NCBI RefSeq assembly: GCF_022045235.1
Contig: NW_027266308.1
Location: 13,950,001 to 14,014,000, forward strand
Direction: 5' to 3'
Length of the DNA stretch: 64,000 nucleotides
DNA from: Haliotis cracherodii
Taxonomy: Eukaryota
Part shown: one piece after another, positions 50,413 through 63,366 of the stretch
Layout of the letters: each line of letters opens with the position of its first letter
How positions within the stretch are numbered: the stretch's first letter is position 1
Notes under the pieces: model-generated
What the model saw: only the letters and a program-made list of their open reading frames with translations
What the model was told of the DNA's origin: nothing
Database searches by the model: none
Translations under genes and position numbers: made by a program

Positions 50413-52451
50413 ATGTGAAGTTTTTTTTCTGTGCTAAGTATTGGAGGGTCTGTGTATAGACACAGTCCTGTGGCGTAATACTTGCGGGTTGGGCATAGTA
50501 ATTTCCGGAGGCCTTCGATGAGCGCTACCCGCGAGGGCCTAGCTTGCTTAATGACACGCTGGTTGACCTCCTTTGGTGTACCCTGGGGGGATCAAAGTCA
50601 TTTCGCCTTTTGATGACTCGTTATGTGTTTATCCTCTCGAGTCAAGTTTTTCTGTTTGTCCTATTGCCTTCGGGCCGGCATTCAGTGATTTTGGTTCGCC
50701 CAACCTACAGGGTTATGCAAAATATCATCCCCCTGTAATTTCACGAATAAAGCTGTGGCCATACTCCACACTTAACTTTACATAATCTTTTGGTTATTTA
50801 TTCATCTAGTATGCTCTAGATTGGCATTATCTTGAAATAATTGATCAACCAAGTCACCGAGTCTGACCACCGATTTATTTAGTCGACTCACACAACCTGC
50901 ATAGCTTGATCGGGACATATTCTACTCCATATCAGTGTATAAATTCACAATGTACAATTGTCGCTATTATGTTTGCTTGTTGTATAACGGCACACCCAAC
51001 AATAGTGCAGTTATATATATGACTTTCGGATATTGATTGGTGAATAATGTGTGTCATCAATTGTGACATTTCTGGACCAAATGTATCACAAATCTCAACA
51101 CATGACATAATATTCAAATAGGATTAATTATATGAAATGATCACTTAAACAGATTATCATAACATAATGAATTCATTGGATATTTAAAACATAGTTCTAA
51201 CATTTATGTAAATGATTTATAGCCACTTTAAAATGTGTATACATCTGCGTAGTTAGATGACAAATGAGAACACAAGGTATAGAGAATGTTATTGATTACA
51301 CGGTTGTTTGCTTGATCATCTAAACGTAGTGACCATAGATATAGTTCAGGGCAATTTGTTAAACTGGGAAAGCAATATGTTAATGAAGGATTTCATGATA
51401 GATAAGATCTAAATGAAATTTGGTTGGTTGGTTTATTGTTTTACGCCGCATTCAGCAATATTCCAGCTACATGACGGGGGTCTGTAAATAATCGAGTCTA
51501 GACCATACAATCAAGTGATTGACATCATGAGGATCGATCCAATTGGATTGGGATCGATGACATGCGTCAACCAAGTCAGCGATCCCGATCCCGATCCCGT
51601 TAGTCACCTCTTACGTCAAGCATGGGATGCTGAAGACCTATTCCACCCCGGATCTTCACGTGTCATATGAAATTTGAGGAAGACATTGGGGCAATAAGTA
51701 GGCATCCCCACAGTTGTAATCTCCTCATTGTTTTGATTTGTTTCTCTATGAAATTTCTGCAGAATTCCTGTTTGGATTAGCAAAATCAAACGTAAGAATT
51801 GAACCAAGAAGTTTAACTTACACTTCAGTTATATCGAAAATCTGATACCGTTCAATAACGGTCAAACAGCTCAATTCCACTGATTTACCCACCTCAACTA
51901 GAAATAAAGGGCACCAGTGGAACAACCTCATTTTGCTTCATATATATGTTTAAAGATTAAAAGTGACAAGAAAATACAAACAAGACTGTATGAAAATAGA
52001 AATCCAACTATTAAGTTTCCCTTTCGAGCAATATTCCATCAACTCCAGGCCTTGGTGTGTACATTTAACTTTTGAAATACAATCCAGCGTGCTCTTTCTA
52101 TGAAGATTTCAAAAGCGTCATATTACACTTGCTATTTTTGATTGATCAGGGTTACATTCAAGGCCTCTGCAATGCTTTCAAAAGCGTTTTACGGTAAACA
52201 CGTGGTGGACATTTATTTGTAAATTACAAAGATAAAGCTACATGTTTTCAGAGTTCACCATTTCTCTTGGTCAACATCGTGACAAAACTGACCCAAGTGA
52301 CCCCATTCCATGACTTCAGGTGTTCCAATCTCAACAGAATCGTGATTACAGAGTTGGATCAGTGCTGATAAGAGTTAGAAACAGAGTATATAAGATAGAC
52401 GTGAGACCATGCTTCAAAACAGTACAAACAGTACACCCTGAACTCTCAGCC

Positions 52452-54545
52452 ATGCAGGTTTCCCTCTTTCTCGCCGTTTTCTGTGCCGTCATTGGTGAGT
52501 ACAGATGAAAGTACACTCTCATGAATTAACCTTATACAGACGATTGTTAATACAGAGATATTGCTCAAATTGCATTTTCTTTTAAATTAAACATCATGTA
52601 AAGAGCAAAGATACAAAGGGGTATGATTTGGTGACTTTATTGCACACATTGTATGTGCAGTGAAATTCCGTTTGTATTCACCCCATTGTTCATAAGAGAA
52701 TAATTTGCATGTTAGGTTGGTAAGTATTGTGGTTTGTTGTAGGGGGTGAATAGAGAATACATAAAAGTGGAAAAGATTTGGACCCACTTGCACAAAGCTA
52801 TCTTAGCGCTAAGATGATCGTAACTCCCATACTTTAACAAAGGCTTACAATTGTCGTAGCGCTAAGATCGCTTTGTGCAAGTGGGCCCTGGTATCATAAC
52901 TATGCTCATGATGTAGTCGTAATCGTACAATCGACTCTGCTTTTGAGAGATTTCCTATGAGTATGGAATGGGTTTAGTCGCTTTCGTTATAAACTGATAT
53001 AGGGGAAATAAGAGTGTTGTTGGTTATTCTCGAACCGGACGCTTCTCCACTTTTAATAAAATAGGAAAAATACGTATCAGCATCTGACATACATGTGTAT
53101 ATCACATGTTGCCTTTATAGGGGTTAGACGTGATCTACGCCGAGTCCTACATAGACAGTATACATAGTATCGCCTAGTTCAAATGTGACATAATTTGAAA
53201 TTTAATTGAATCATAAGGGTCCAAACAACGAAACCTTGCGAGACGTTTTCGATGTGCACTGTTTTCCCTTTCAGCTGTTATCTACAGCGAGACCTGCAGG
53301 GATGAGAACGACTGTGATCACGTGACCTGTGATAGTACCTCAAAGCTGGGCTGCTCTCATGGAGAATGTACCTGCCTGACTTCCGCCACATCTGGTTCCT
53401 GCGCTCAAGGTATGAGAACGTTTAGACAGTGTTTACGATAAGTGGCATTTTTTCTCATAGCTGCTTAAGAAACTAAACATGATTCTCGTCTCAATTTTCC
53501 CCGAAATGCCAAGTGTATGTTCAAATGCGAAACAGTTTTGAAGCATATGCACAGCTCTCAATAACTATTAAGTATGTGATCAAATTTAGGAGAAAGGAAG
53601 CATCACCTACTTGGTCTAGTAGAGAGCGTTTGCCCAGAGACCGAAAGGTCGGGGGTTCGATCCCCGGCCGCATCATACCAAAACACGTTGTTGTTACCCT
53701 GCCTGACACTCGGCATTTAGGGGCTCAAACAAGGCCTGGTCGTCTCGGGCTCAGCATACTGTGTCTGTGCATGCACGTCGCTAGATAAGTGCAATAATGT
53801 TGAACGTGATGTTAAAACACATTTCACCTCACCTCACCTTACCTCAGAAAGCATGTAGAATGAATATAACATTAAATTGAGTATTCTGATTTCTGTGTTG
53901 AACGATGCATCATGTCCGTGATGTGCATTATCGTTTCTTCTTGTACTGTCATAGAATAACAGCGATGGCATTTGCAGGTCTAACTACGTGCGTTTATTAT
54001 CATTGGTAGTGACTTATATTTGAGAGATATGCGAATGGTTGAACTGAAAGCATTCTTGTACGTTTTATTCCTCCTTTTTTAAGCATTTCCTAATTGCACC
54101 AGATCTGGGGGCGGGGGCTCTTGTTATTCCTTATTTTCTTTTATAGTATAACTGACATTTTATCAAGAGATGAGAGTATGATTTCCCTTTTTTAGCCACA
54201 TGCAGCGCTCGTGCCGACTGCGACAGCTGCAAATGTAGAGACAGCCGTGCTTCACACCACTGCTACGATGGGCACTGTCTCTGTGGACGAGGTGGACCTG
54301 GCATGTAAGTAACCAGGAAGATTCTACCTTTTGAGAAATAACCATTAAGGTGTTGTAAATATTGTAAAGCATGGAGAAAAGGGGGTACCAAGTTATATCA
54401 AATCGTGACCTTAAATGGTGATCAACAACTTAATACATCTGTTTGAAGTCATACCATTCATATATCTTTGGGTGAAACATGTTGTATAATCTAGAATATT
54501 ATGTTGATATTAACTCTATGCTTTCCTTATTTCAGTGGCAAATAA
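52452..54545 (+). CDS. Gene F: intact divergent 14-Cys secreted peptide paralog (4 exons, 98 aa)
   Basis: Exons 52452-52494, 53275-53409, 54196-54304, 54536-54545: MQVSLFLAVFCAVIAVIYSETCRDENDCDHVTCDSTSKLGCSHGECTCLTSATSGSCAQATCSARADCDSCKCRDSRASHHCYDGHCLCGRGGPGIGK*; same intron phases and Cys pattern as type A. Confidence 0.9.
52780..52888. mobile_element. Palindromic MITE in intron 1 of gene F (half copy at ~42207-42281)
   Basis: cccacttgcacaaagctatcttagcgcta ... tagcgctaagatcgctttgtgcaagtggg inverted repeats. Confidence 0.8.
53605..53845 (+). mobile_element. tRNA-derived (CORE-like) SINE in intron 2 of gene F
   Basis: tggtctagtagagagcg A box, GGTTCGATCCCC B box, ccctgcctgacactcggcattt core-like motif, (CACCT)n tail. 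Confidence 0.75.
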
Positions 54546-55731
54546 ACTTTGACGCAGAGGATCAATCAACTATTTATAGTTTTCGCACCATTTTGTACTT
54601 ATGTGTTCTGAAATGTAATAAAATATACAAAAGTCTCCTTGTTTTCTTTATTATTTCAATGTTTTAGAGATATGTGCAGTGTTACGGAGTCTATTAACTG
54701 CTTTGATACAGTGGTTCACACAATACAGCAAAAAATAAACAACCACCACAACAACAAAAACAAAAAAACATTTCTCTGTATATCCAGTCCAGTCCATGTA
54801 ATGCTTCCATTCTCATCACTTACAGATGGACGTCTTGAAAATAAAAGCGACAAAACACAAGAAATCTCCGCTAAAAGCAGAGTTGTTTGAATGTAAAACT
54901 TAATTGTCAAACATTGACATGGATTAGATATGTTGAGTCATGAGGATGTGTTTATGAATCACTATGAAATGGTGATACCTGGTGTTCGGGAAAACATGAG
55001 CGTATCCTGCCACAACTGTGGCATTTATTGCAAACACATGCAAAGTCAAGTCAATTGTTACCATCAAAAGATATACCGAATGACATGGTGCGGATCAAAA
55101 TATGTAATTGCATCTGACGTCAGTTATGTCACTGATGATTTGGAAATGTCCTTCATTTGTCTACCATAAAACCTTTTGGAAGGCCTTGCATGTTGTAACT
55201 TCAACGTCACTCTCTATTTCCGTTTTCCAACTCTGTCCTAAAAGTTGAAATTGCTCTGGGTATCCAGCTTTACAACTTTTGGCTTGAAAAATGAAAAACA
55301 TGAAAGCTCAAATTTGCTTTCTCATTCTAATTTGAAGAATACTGTTTCGTATTTCATAATTTTGAGTGGGATCGCCCTCATAAGTAAAACATTGTTACTC
55401 TAGTTTTGTGACTTTGTTCATGTCTCAAAATTGGGGTCTCTTTATAACTGAAACAATAATGATTTAACTCACTCACCAATTTAAAATAGTAAATGAACCT
55501 AAAGTTGTATACCCAAACAGACGTATTGGACTGTGGTTTTGTGTGTCTTTGTTTCATTCCATACTGTGCAATATTTCAACAACAAATTATCGAGTTTGGA
55601 CAGGACAAAGCAGTTAGTTATATCATAATCAACGTTCCATGCTTTAAGAATAATTGACACACAATCAACGAGTCTGATCACACTAATCATTTAGTCGACT
55701 CACACTACCAGCATAGGTTGATCGGGACGTA

Positions 55732-58700
55732 TTCTCCTATGCCCAACAGTTACGCTACATTACAACAACACACTTAATGATGGGACACTCTGTGCGTTGC
55801 ACGGCCGAGATACTCTGGTGGGATAGACTAGACACAAAACTCTGTAACACTATATGCACAGCTTTCAGCTCCCTCCATTTCGAGCTAAGCATTGCCTCGT
55901 TCCTTGACCACTGCCCATGAGAAGCGACATTATCCAGTTCCACACAGTAGCCACCGTAACCACTCTCACTGACATCTGGATATACTAGTTCCCTTGAAAT
56001 TGCTGTCTGAGCTAGATATCTGGAACAATACTTATGTAAGCTACATGATCAAAACTGCAACTGTTTGATACTTGAATCTGACAACACAATATAGCTATGC
56101 CATGAAGGGGATGCAACAACATCAATACTTAGAGATCTTGCCATCAGCTGAGAGACTGGACCCATCACAGTGTCATAGATATTATCGGACCAACGACAGA
56201 AGCTATGTATTTCACTGGGACATATCTATGTTTAGATTGTAGGAACACTGAAATGCACTTCAATACCTTATCTCTTTTTCTGTCAGGAACACTCATGATC
56301 ATAGATGTTGTATCAAACCTGAAACCTAACCACTCAATTGACTGAGACGGCAACCAGGGGGACTTTACTACTTTAGGAACGAAACCTGGTCCGAGTAGAT
56401 CCTGCTTAACAGCTGCACCCGACTCGTGTGCCTCGTCCCGTAAAGAACTGACAGGTCTTGCTAACTTTGATTCCTTTGGGATGAGCCTCCGGCTGCAAAA
56501 CTGGACATTCTCTGGGCTGACACGTTGTTTTGGGGACAGTCTTTTTTTGCCTGAAGTCACCGCACGTGAAGCATACGGCTGCACATACAGCAGCTTACAT
56601 CAGTATTATAATGGCTCTTCAGCCCAGAGCATCATCACACCGTACGACTGAACATACAGCAGCTTACATCAGTATCATAACTGATCTTCAGTCCAGAGCA
56701 ACATCACACCGTACGACTGCACATACATCAGCTTACATCATGGTTATAACTGATCTTCAGTCCAGAGCAACATCACACCGTACGACTGCACATACAGCAG
56801 CTTACATCATGGTTATAACTGATTTTCAGTCCAGAGCAACATCACACCGTACAACTGCACACACATCAGCTTACATCAGTATTATAACTGATCTTCAGCC
56901 CAGAGCAACATCACACCATACGACTGCACATACAGCAGCTTACATCAGTATTATAATGGCTCTTCAACCCAGAGGAACATCACACCGTACGACTGCACAT
57001 ACAGCAGCTTACATCAGTATTATAATGGTTCTTCGGCCCAGAGCAACATCACACCGTTCGACTGTACATACAGCAGCTTACATCAGTATTATAATGGTTC
57101 TTCAGCCCAGAGGAACATCACACCGTACGACTGCACATACAGCAGCTTACATCAGTATTATAATGGTTCTTCAGCCCAGAGCAACATCACACCATACGAC
57201 TGCACATACAGCAGCTTACATCAGTATTATAATGGTTCTTCAGCCCAGAGCAACATCACACCGCTCGACTGTACATACAGCAGCTTACATCAGTATTATA
57301 ATGGTTCTTCAGCCCAGAGGAACATCACACCGTACGACTGCACATACAGCAGCTTACATTTGTATTATAATGGTTCTTCAGCACAGAGGAACATCACATC
57401 GTCGTTTTACTACGCATACAACAGCCTACATTGTATTATAATGGCTCTGCAGCCTTGCGGCAACAATACGCCCGAAAATATAGCAAATTTGAATCTGTCC
57501 CCACTGTCACAAATCTGAAACATAGAGACAACAGATTAAAACATTGAAAATGCAGTACTTTTCACATAAAGAAATAAAAATAATCTTGTTTGCACTTGAG
57601 CGAGAATGAACTATTTAAATCTTCACACACCTTAAGTACGCAAGTTTAATGCCACCTACCGGGGCGGACTACTCACTTACATCAACGCTACACACCTCTA
57701 GGAGAAAGTAATTTCCTTCTAATTCATCCTTCAAACGAAAGAAATAATATTTCTCCTATGCCCAACAGTTACGCAACATTACAACAACACACTTAATAAT
57801 GGGACACGCTGTGCGTTGCACGGCCGAGAGCTACAAAAAAAAGTCAAAGACGAAGAGAAAGGGAAACTTTCATTCTATTATTAATACTATCCTTAATATA
57901 TCCGTCCATAGCATTCTCACACTGCCATCTTCCATGTCTTTTAAACATACGGTCAGGTATGCCGCTGTTCGCTGCTGCTGTAGCACCACCACTACGTAGA
58001 CTGTGACTGTGCAGACCATAACTTTTATTGTTCGTAACAAAGGGAGACAATGCATCTAAGTTCCCTCAGTCTAGTGTAAGACATAGGATTGTTGCCTTTT
58101 CTTAACACATAACCAGACGCACATTTGCTGAGGTTTCTGAACACATAATGATCAGAATCAGCCGGAATACATGCAAGGTTTAGATATCGCTCCCAACATT
58201 CAACTGGACACAATTTCGATTAAGTTCTACTGATAACAATCCAGAATCCGTCTCTATATACATCTGTTTTAGACTTTTCAATAAAAACTGTCATGTGAGA
58301 TTCATAAAATATTATATCCGAACGAGAAATATTAATCAGTTCAGAAGATCTTAAGAATCAAGCATGAGCCAACAAGCACATCGCTAATATTACATTTACA
58401 ATTCTTGAATCGTACACCCCTTTAACAACAGACTTAGCCAATTTCCGTTTAGCTGCTTCCAACACATTTTTCACAAGACTATTTTTAGTAGGACTCTCAA
58501 GCCCCACAACTACAATGTGCTACAATATAAGGCTATAATGACTGGTGACACTGTATCGCTCTGTTGGACAATAGATAAAAGATAAAAAGCACAATGCAGG
58601 TACGAAATAGGTAATACCTTGCTCATACTCATAATAGTCCTCTGTAAGATTTTTTCGAAAATGCAAATCATCAACAACGCCATCATGACTGAAATAATCA

Positions 58701-59305
58701 ACTGACAGGCCTCCGGCTGCAAAACTGGACATTCTCTGGGCTGACATGTTGTTTTGGGGACAGTCTCTTCTGAAGTGACTAAAATCACCGCACGTGAAGC
58801 ATGCACCTGTCTTCTGACCTTTGGCACGAAAAGGCTGATTTGTGATTGGTTGACTTGTTGCACAGAAGAGGCAGGAAGAAAGCACCTTGCACGGGCCGGG
58901 TAAAGGTTGATGATCGCCTGGATGACCTACTTAGGCGCTTGGCGTGAGCGTTTCTGACGAATATTCTTTTCCAGCTAGCAGTTTCTTAATTCTTTAGCGG
59001 TCTGACTGAATTCTTCCCTCAACGCCCCGCTGCAGTCATTAAGAGACAATTCAAACTGTGCTTTGTAAGTATCTAATTGTTGAAGTATAGCATCAAGTTT
59101 AGCGTCGGTATTCGTGACTAAAATAATCTGATGCATCGCTTGCACTTAGAGCGAGAATGAACAATCTGAATCTTCACACACCTTAAGTACCCCAGTTTAA
59201 CGCCATCTAGCGGGGCGGACTACTCACTTACATCAACGCTACACACCACTAGGAGAAAGTAATTTCCTTCTAATTCATCCTTCAAACGAAAAAAATAATA
59301 TTTCT
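55732..59305 (-). mobile_element. DIRS-order (PAT/Ngaro-type) element with split direct repeats A1..B1A2..B2, internally deleted
   Basis: A repeats 59140-59305 and 57591-57754; B repeats 57751-57829 and 55732-55810; gag knuckle CFTCGDFSHFRRDC; YR HSLRSGGATAAA..HGRW (57844-58450); RT/RH pieces IEWLGFRFDT and SSKWRELKAV (55815-56460). Confidence 0.9.
56572..57445. repeat. 69-bp minisatellite (~12-13 units) inside the DIRS-order element
   Basis: Unit gcacatacagcagcttacatcagtattataatggctcttcagcccagagcaacatcacaccgtacgact, contiguous with no spacers. Confidence 0.95.
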
Positions 59306-59582
59306 ACTCAATACTAGAGTATAAATTCACGATGTATAATTGACGGTATTATTGTATAAAGGGGCACCAGGCAATATTCCAGAATAACATATCACGATCG
59401 GATGTAAATAATCGATTGTGGACCAGACAATGGTGAATCACAAGAATCGATCCACGTAATATTGGGAAACGATGACATGCAATGAGCCAAGTCACTGAGC
59501 CTCACCTCCCGATCCATTTAATGACCTCTTATGACACGCATATGTTTCTGGGACCTATGTGCTTATCTGGAATCTCCATATA

Positions 59583-60809
59583 CGGGAGCTGGTCAAAAAG
59601 TGTGAAACGTGACAAACAAAACCACCAATTATGAAAGTGTTTTTTTTATAACATACACTTTTCATATCAGGCAATTCATATGTCAGGAAGGAGTCTTCTG
59701 ATGCCACCCTAAAAAAACCCATTCACGGCAGGTCTATGTTGTCGTCATAGCGCTTTCCACAAAGGCGTTGTTTCAGTTTAGGAAACAGGTAAAAATCACT
59801 TGGTGCCAGGTCTGGCGAGTATATAGGGTGAGGAAGCTCTTCGAATCCGCATTGTCTCAATGTCGAGAGGTGTGAGAAGAGGCATTCTTATGAAGTAGTA
59901 GAACTGCAGCAGTCAGCATTTCTCGCCGCTTTTCTTTGATAGAATCTCTCAGGCAATGACCCATTTCAGCATAGTGGACACCGGTAATCTTCTTTTGACC
60001 TTCTTAGTAATCAAACAAGGATCACACCCTTTGCATCGCAGAATACAGTGGCCATGACTCTCTTAACTGATCTTGAAGACTTAAATTTCTATGGTGCCGG
60101 AGAAGTGGAAAAGTGCCATTCCATGGATTGACATTTTAACTCGGGATCATAGTGGTAGACCCATGTTTCATCACCCGTTACTAATATCTTTTGGAATTTA
60201 ACGAATTCCTTTTCAATTAGCTCTAAATATTTTCTGGCAATGTCAGTTTCTTTAGAACTTATAAACTTTGGCACCCAAAGAGCATATATCTTATTCATCT
60301 GTAAATGTTCATAAATAATAGGTCCACTGGATCCATGGCTCAGACCTGTGTCTTCCTCAAGTTCAGCAAAGGTAATACGTCTATCTGACAGTATAAGTTT
60401 GTCTATCTCCTTGATTGAATCATCATTGATGGAAATTGAGGGACGTCCAGATTTTGGGTCATCATCAAGGCCTCTTCTCCCAGACTTAAACATAGCTGCC
60501 CAACGTTTAACAGTGTAATAGCGAGGGCACTTATCCACATACGCTTGTAATGTGCGGTCATAAATATTTTGGAGAGTACTTTTATCTAAATCAAAACCGT
60601 GATGACTGCTCGTTCTCGTTCTTTTCCATTTCTGTGTCCATGTGGACCTATATCACGTTCAATTGGCTGTCACTTTTATACAAATGGCCTCAACAGATCA
60701 TATCCACTTGCAATGAACAACTCAAACAATGTACTAAATTGACCAGTTCACTTTCTTATGGCCCACAGTTAAAACTTTGTCAGGTTTTGAACTTTTTGAC
60801 CAGCTTTCG
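59583..60809 (-). mobile_element. Mariner transposon, degenerate
   Basis: TIRs cgggagctggtcaaaaag / ctttttgaccagctttcg with TA flanks; WVPK, VTGDETWVYHYDPE, YTRQTWHQ region = frameshifted YSPDLAPSDF motif; stops. Confidence 0.92.
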
Positions 60810-62629
60810 TATATGAAAATGATTTACAGCCACTTTGAAAGTTAGATAACAAATGAGAACACATGATATAGAGAACTTTATTGATGAAACACTTCATTCT
60901 TGATCATCTTAAAGTTTTAGTTCAGGTCATTTTGTCAAAAATGAAAGCAAATGTCATCTGAAGTTAACTGGGCACAACAATATTTGAATGCTGGATTTCA
61001 TGACAGATAACTTCTTTGTGAAATGTGGGGATAAGATATTGGGGCATAAAGTAGGCATCCCCACATCTACCAATTGTGCTCTTCCCCTCATTGTTGATTT
61101 GTTTCTCTATGAGCTTTTGCAGAATTCCTGCTCGGCTTAGCAACATTAAAACAGAGGAATTTAACCAAGAAGTTTAACATATGCTTCAGGAATATCGAAG
61201 ATCTGATACAATTCAATAATGATCAAAGAGCCACATCCCTTCCACTGATTTTCCCACCTGTACTACAAATAAAAGGTACCAGTGAAACAGTCTCATCTGT
61301 TTCATATGTAGATTTAAAGTGACCCAAAACGATCCGCAAGACTGTATGACAAGAGAGATCGAATAGTCAACTTTCCCCTTCTGTCGAGCAATATTCCATC
61401 AACTCCAGCCCATGTCAACATTTCACAAATTTTGAGATCAAGCATGTTCTTTCTATGACGCTTTTTAAAGAGCGTCATATTGCACTTGCTGAAAAGTTGT
61501 TTTATCGGGGTAACAACATTCAAGGCCTAAGCAAAGCTTTGAAAAGGTGTTATAGTAGAGAGCATTTCCAATCTTGATGCATCAGTGACAAATAGTGACG
61601 CAAAAGGCAATTCCATATCTGGACTTGTGTCATATGTTTCCGTTTTTATGGAGGAACAATTGACTTGCCTTTGTATGGGATATGTGACGGGTGCAACCGG
61701 TGGTGTAGGATACGCTCAATTTTTCGCGAACAGCGGATATCATTACTTTTTGACACATGCTCATGATATAGTCGGAATCGTACTTCTTCAGTCTAATATT
61801 TGTTTATAATTTTAATCTTGCCAATCTTGTCTTTATGTCTTCCATGTTCTAGTCACACATTTGTTTACATTTCAGTGGAGGAAAAGAACATTCATTTAAT
61901 ACTTACCACCGCTTTTTGTAAACTATGAAGAAGAACCATACATTGTGATTGATTTGTGTTTTGCAAAACCACCGGGTTTTAAAGAAATATAACAGGTTTG
62001 GAGTAGGTTAAATGTGGAAAATGTCTGACAAATATGGCATCATGATATATGCGAGTGGGATAGCTACTGTTTGGTGATCAAATTTAATTCTTAGTGTTGT
62101 TTCTACTAAGATGGGTTTTTGATAATAAGAGGTCACCTGGAAAGATATTCACCAGTTTATAATATCAGCAAAGACAGAAACTTAAAACAAGTTGCTGTCA
62201 GCATCGACATTCAAATACTTTGAACTATTTTCGGCATTAATAGCCAGGAAATAAAAACGTCAACGCTGGAGAATAATCATTCTCGATTATCCCACTAAAC
62301 AGGCACCACTGGGTGTAAAAAGTAAACTAGTTGAATATTTTTTATAAAAATGGATCACTGAAATCATGGGTGACACCAGGTGTTCGCGAAAAAGACAAGC
62401 ACGTTCTGTCCTATCCGTAGCATCCACCACAATTTGCAAAAAAAAAGCATGTATTTGTTGCCTGACACTGCACAGCAATTACCCATGCAAGCGTCATCTA
62501 AACAAACCAGACTATGAAGTGAAGGTCAGAAATCCAGTCATACGATAGAGCATTTACTGATTTTGTTGAAACTAAAAACAATATGTTAATATATTGTTGA
62601 AAATTCGTGAATGAAATTCAAAAACAGAA

Positions 62630-62900
62630 AGCAACAATTTCATGTACGCTCTATCATGGACTGAAATATATTGTTTATGTTATTATACGCCAAGGATGTC
62701 ATGTACAACATATTGGACAAACGAAGTGCTTGAGAGACAGAATGGGCGTCCATAAACAGTTAAAGGACCCCATGCAAAGTTCAGCCCCTTGAGCGCTCGA
62801 CAAATGCGCAGCAGGAAAAGACATATAATTTAGGATATACCCTTTCGGTAAAATGAATACAGCTGATGCCCAGCAGTGTAAATATAAACAATTGTTTTCA
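62630..62900 (+). mobile_element. GIY-YIG endonuclease relic of a Penelope-like element
   Basis: IVYVIIRQGCHVQHIGQTKCLRDRMGVHK resembles the VY.I.C..C...YIGQT...R...H pattern. Confidence 0.6.
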
Positions 62901-63366
62901 AGGCTGTGCCCATCTTTAAAAAAGTAGCGTATGGTATATGAACTATATTTGTATTTATTGTGAATGTTAACACTGTCATTGTAAAGCTGCAGTGTTATAA
63001 CTGTAATCACTTCTCCCTGAAGATACAATTGAAATATGTAGAACAATTCGTGTCATTGTTGCGTGACTTTCTTTTTATATATATTTCTTATATATAAAAT
63101 TGTGTTGTCTATATATTTGTAGGATCATGAACATGACTAAATAGCTATCGTGGGTCATCAGATCCCCACAAATGAACCTGTTATCTAACATTTCATGACA
63201 TAACCGCGCACGGGTACATACGTCCTGCGTGCACCTGTTGTGCGCAGAATCACAACATCGTGACTGGATGACAGGGTTGGTGTTGGTATCATTTGAAACA
63301 GAAAGTATAAAAGAGGATCAACCAAATGAAGACTTTACTTTGAAAGCTTTTTGCTTAACTCCAGAC

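Larger units (their letters stand above)
46130..50810 (+). mobile_element. Ngaro-like DIRS-order retrotransposon (gag, RT/RH, YR, SGNH); ends approximate
   Basis: ORF order and motifs as above; AATAAA at ~50746; split direct repeats not found. Confidence 0.88.

Noticed and set aside
45900-50830. Split direct repeats for the SGNH-bearing element
   Set aside because: I could not find repeated termini by eye; ends left approximate.
56572-57445. CRISPR-like array or 303-aa repeat protein
   Set aside because: Units are contiguous with no unique spacers, there are no cas genes and the context is eukaryotic; the ORF follows from a stop-free 69-bp unit.
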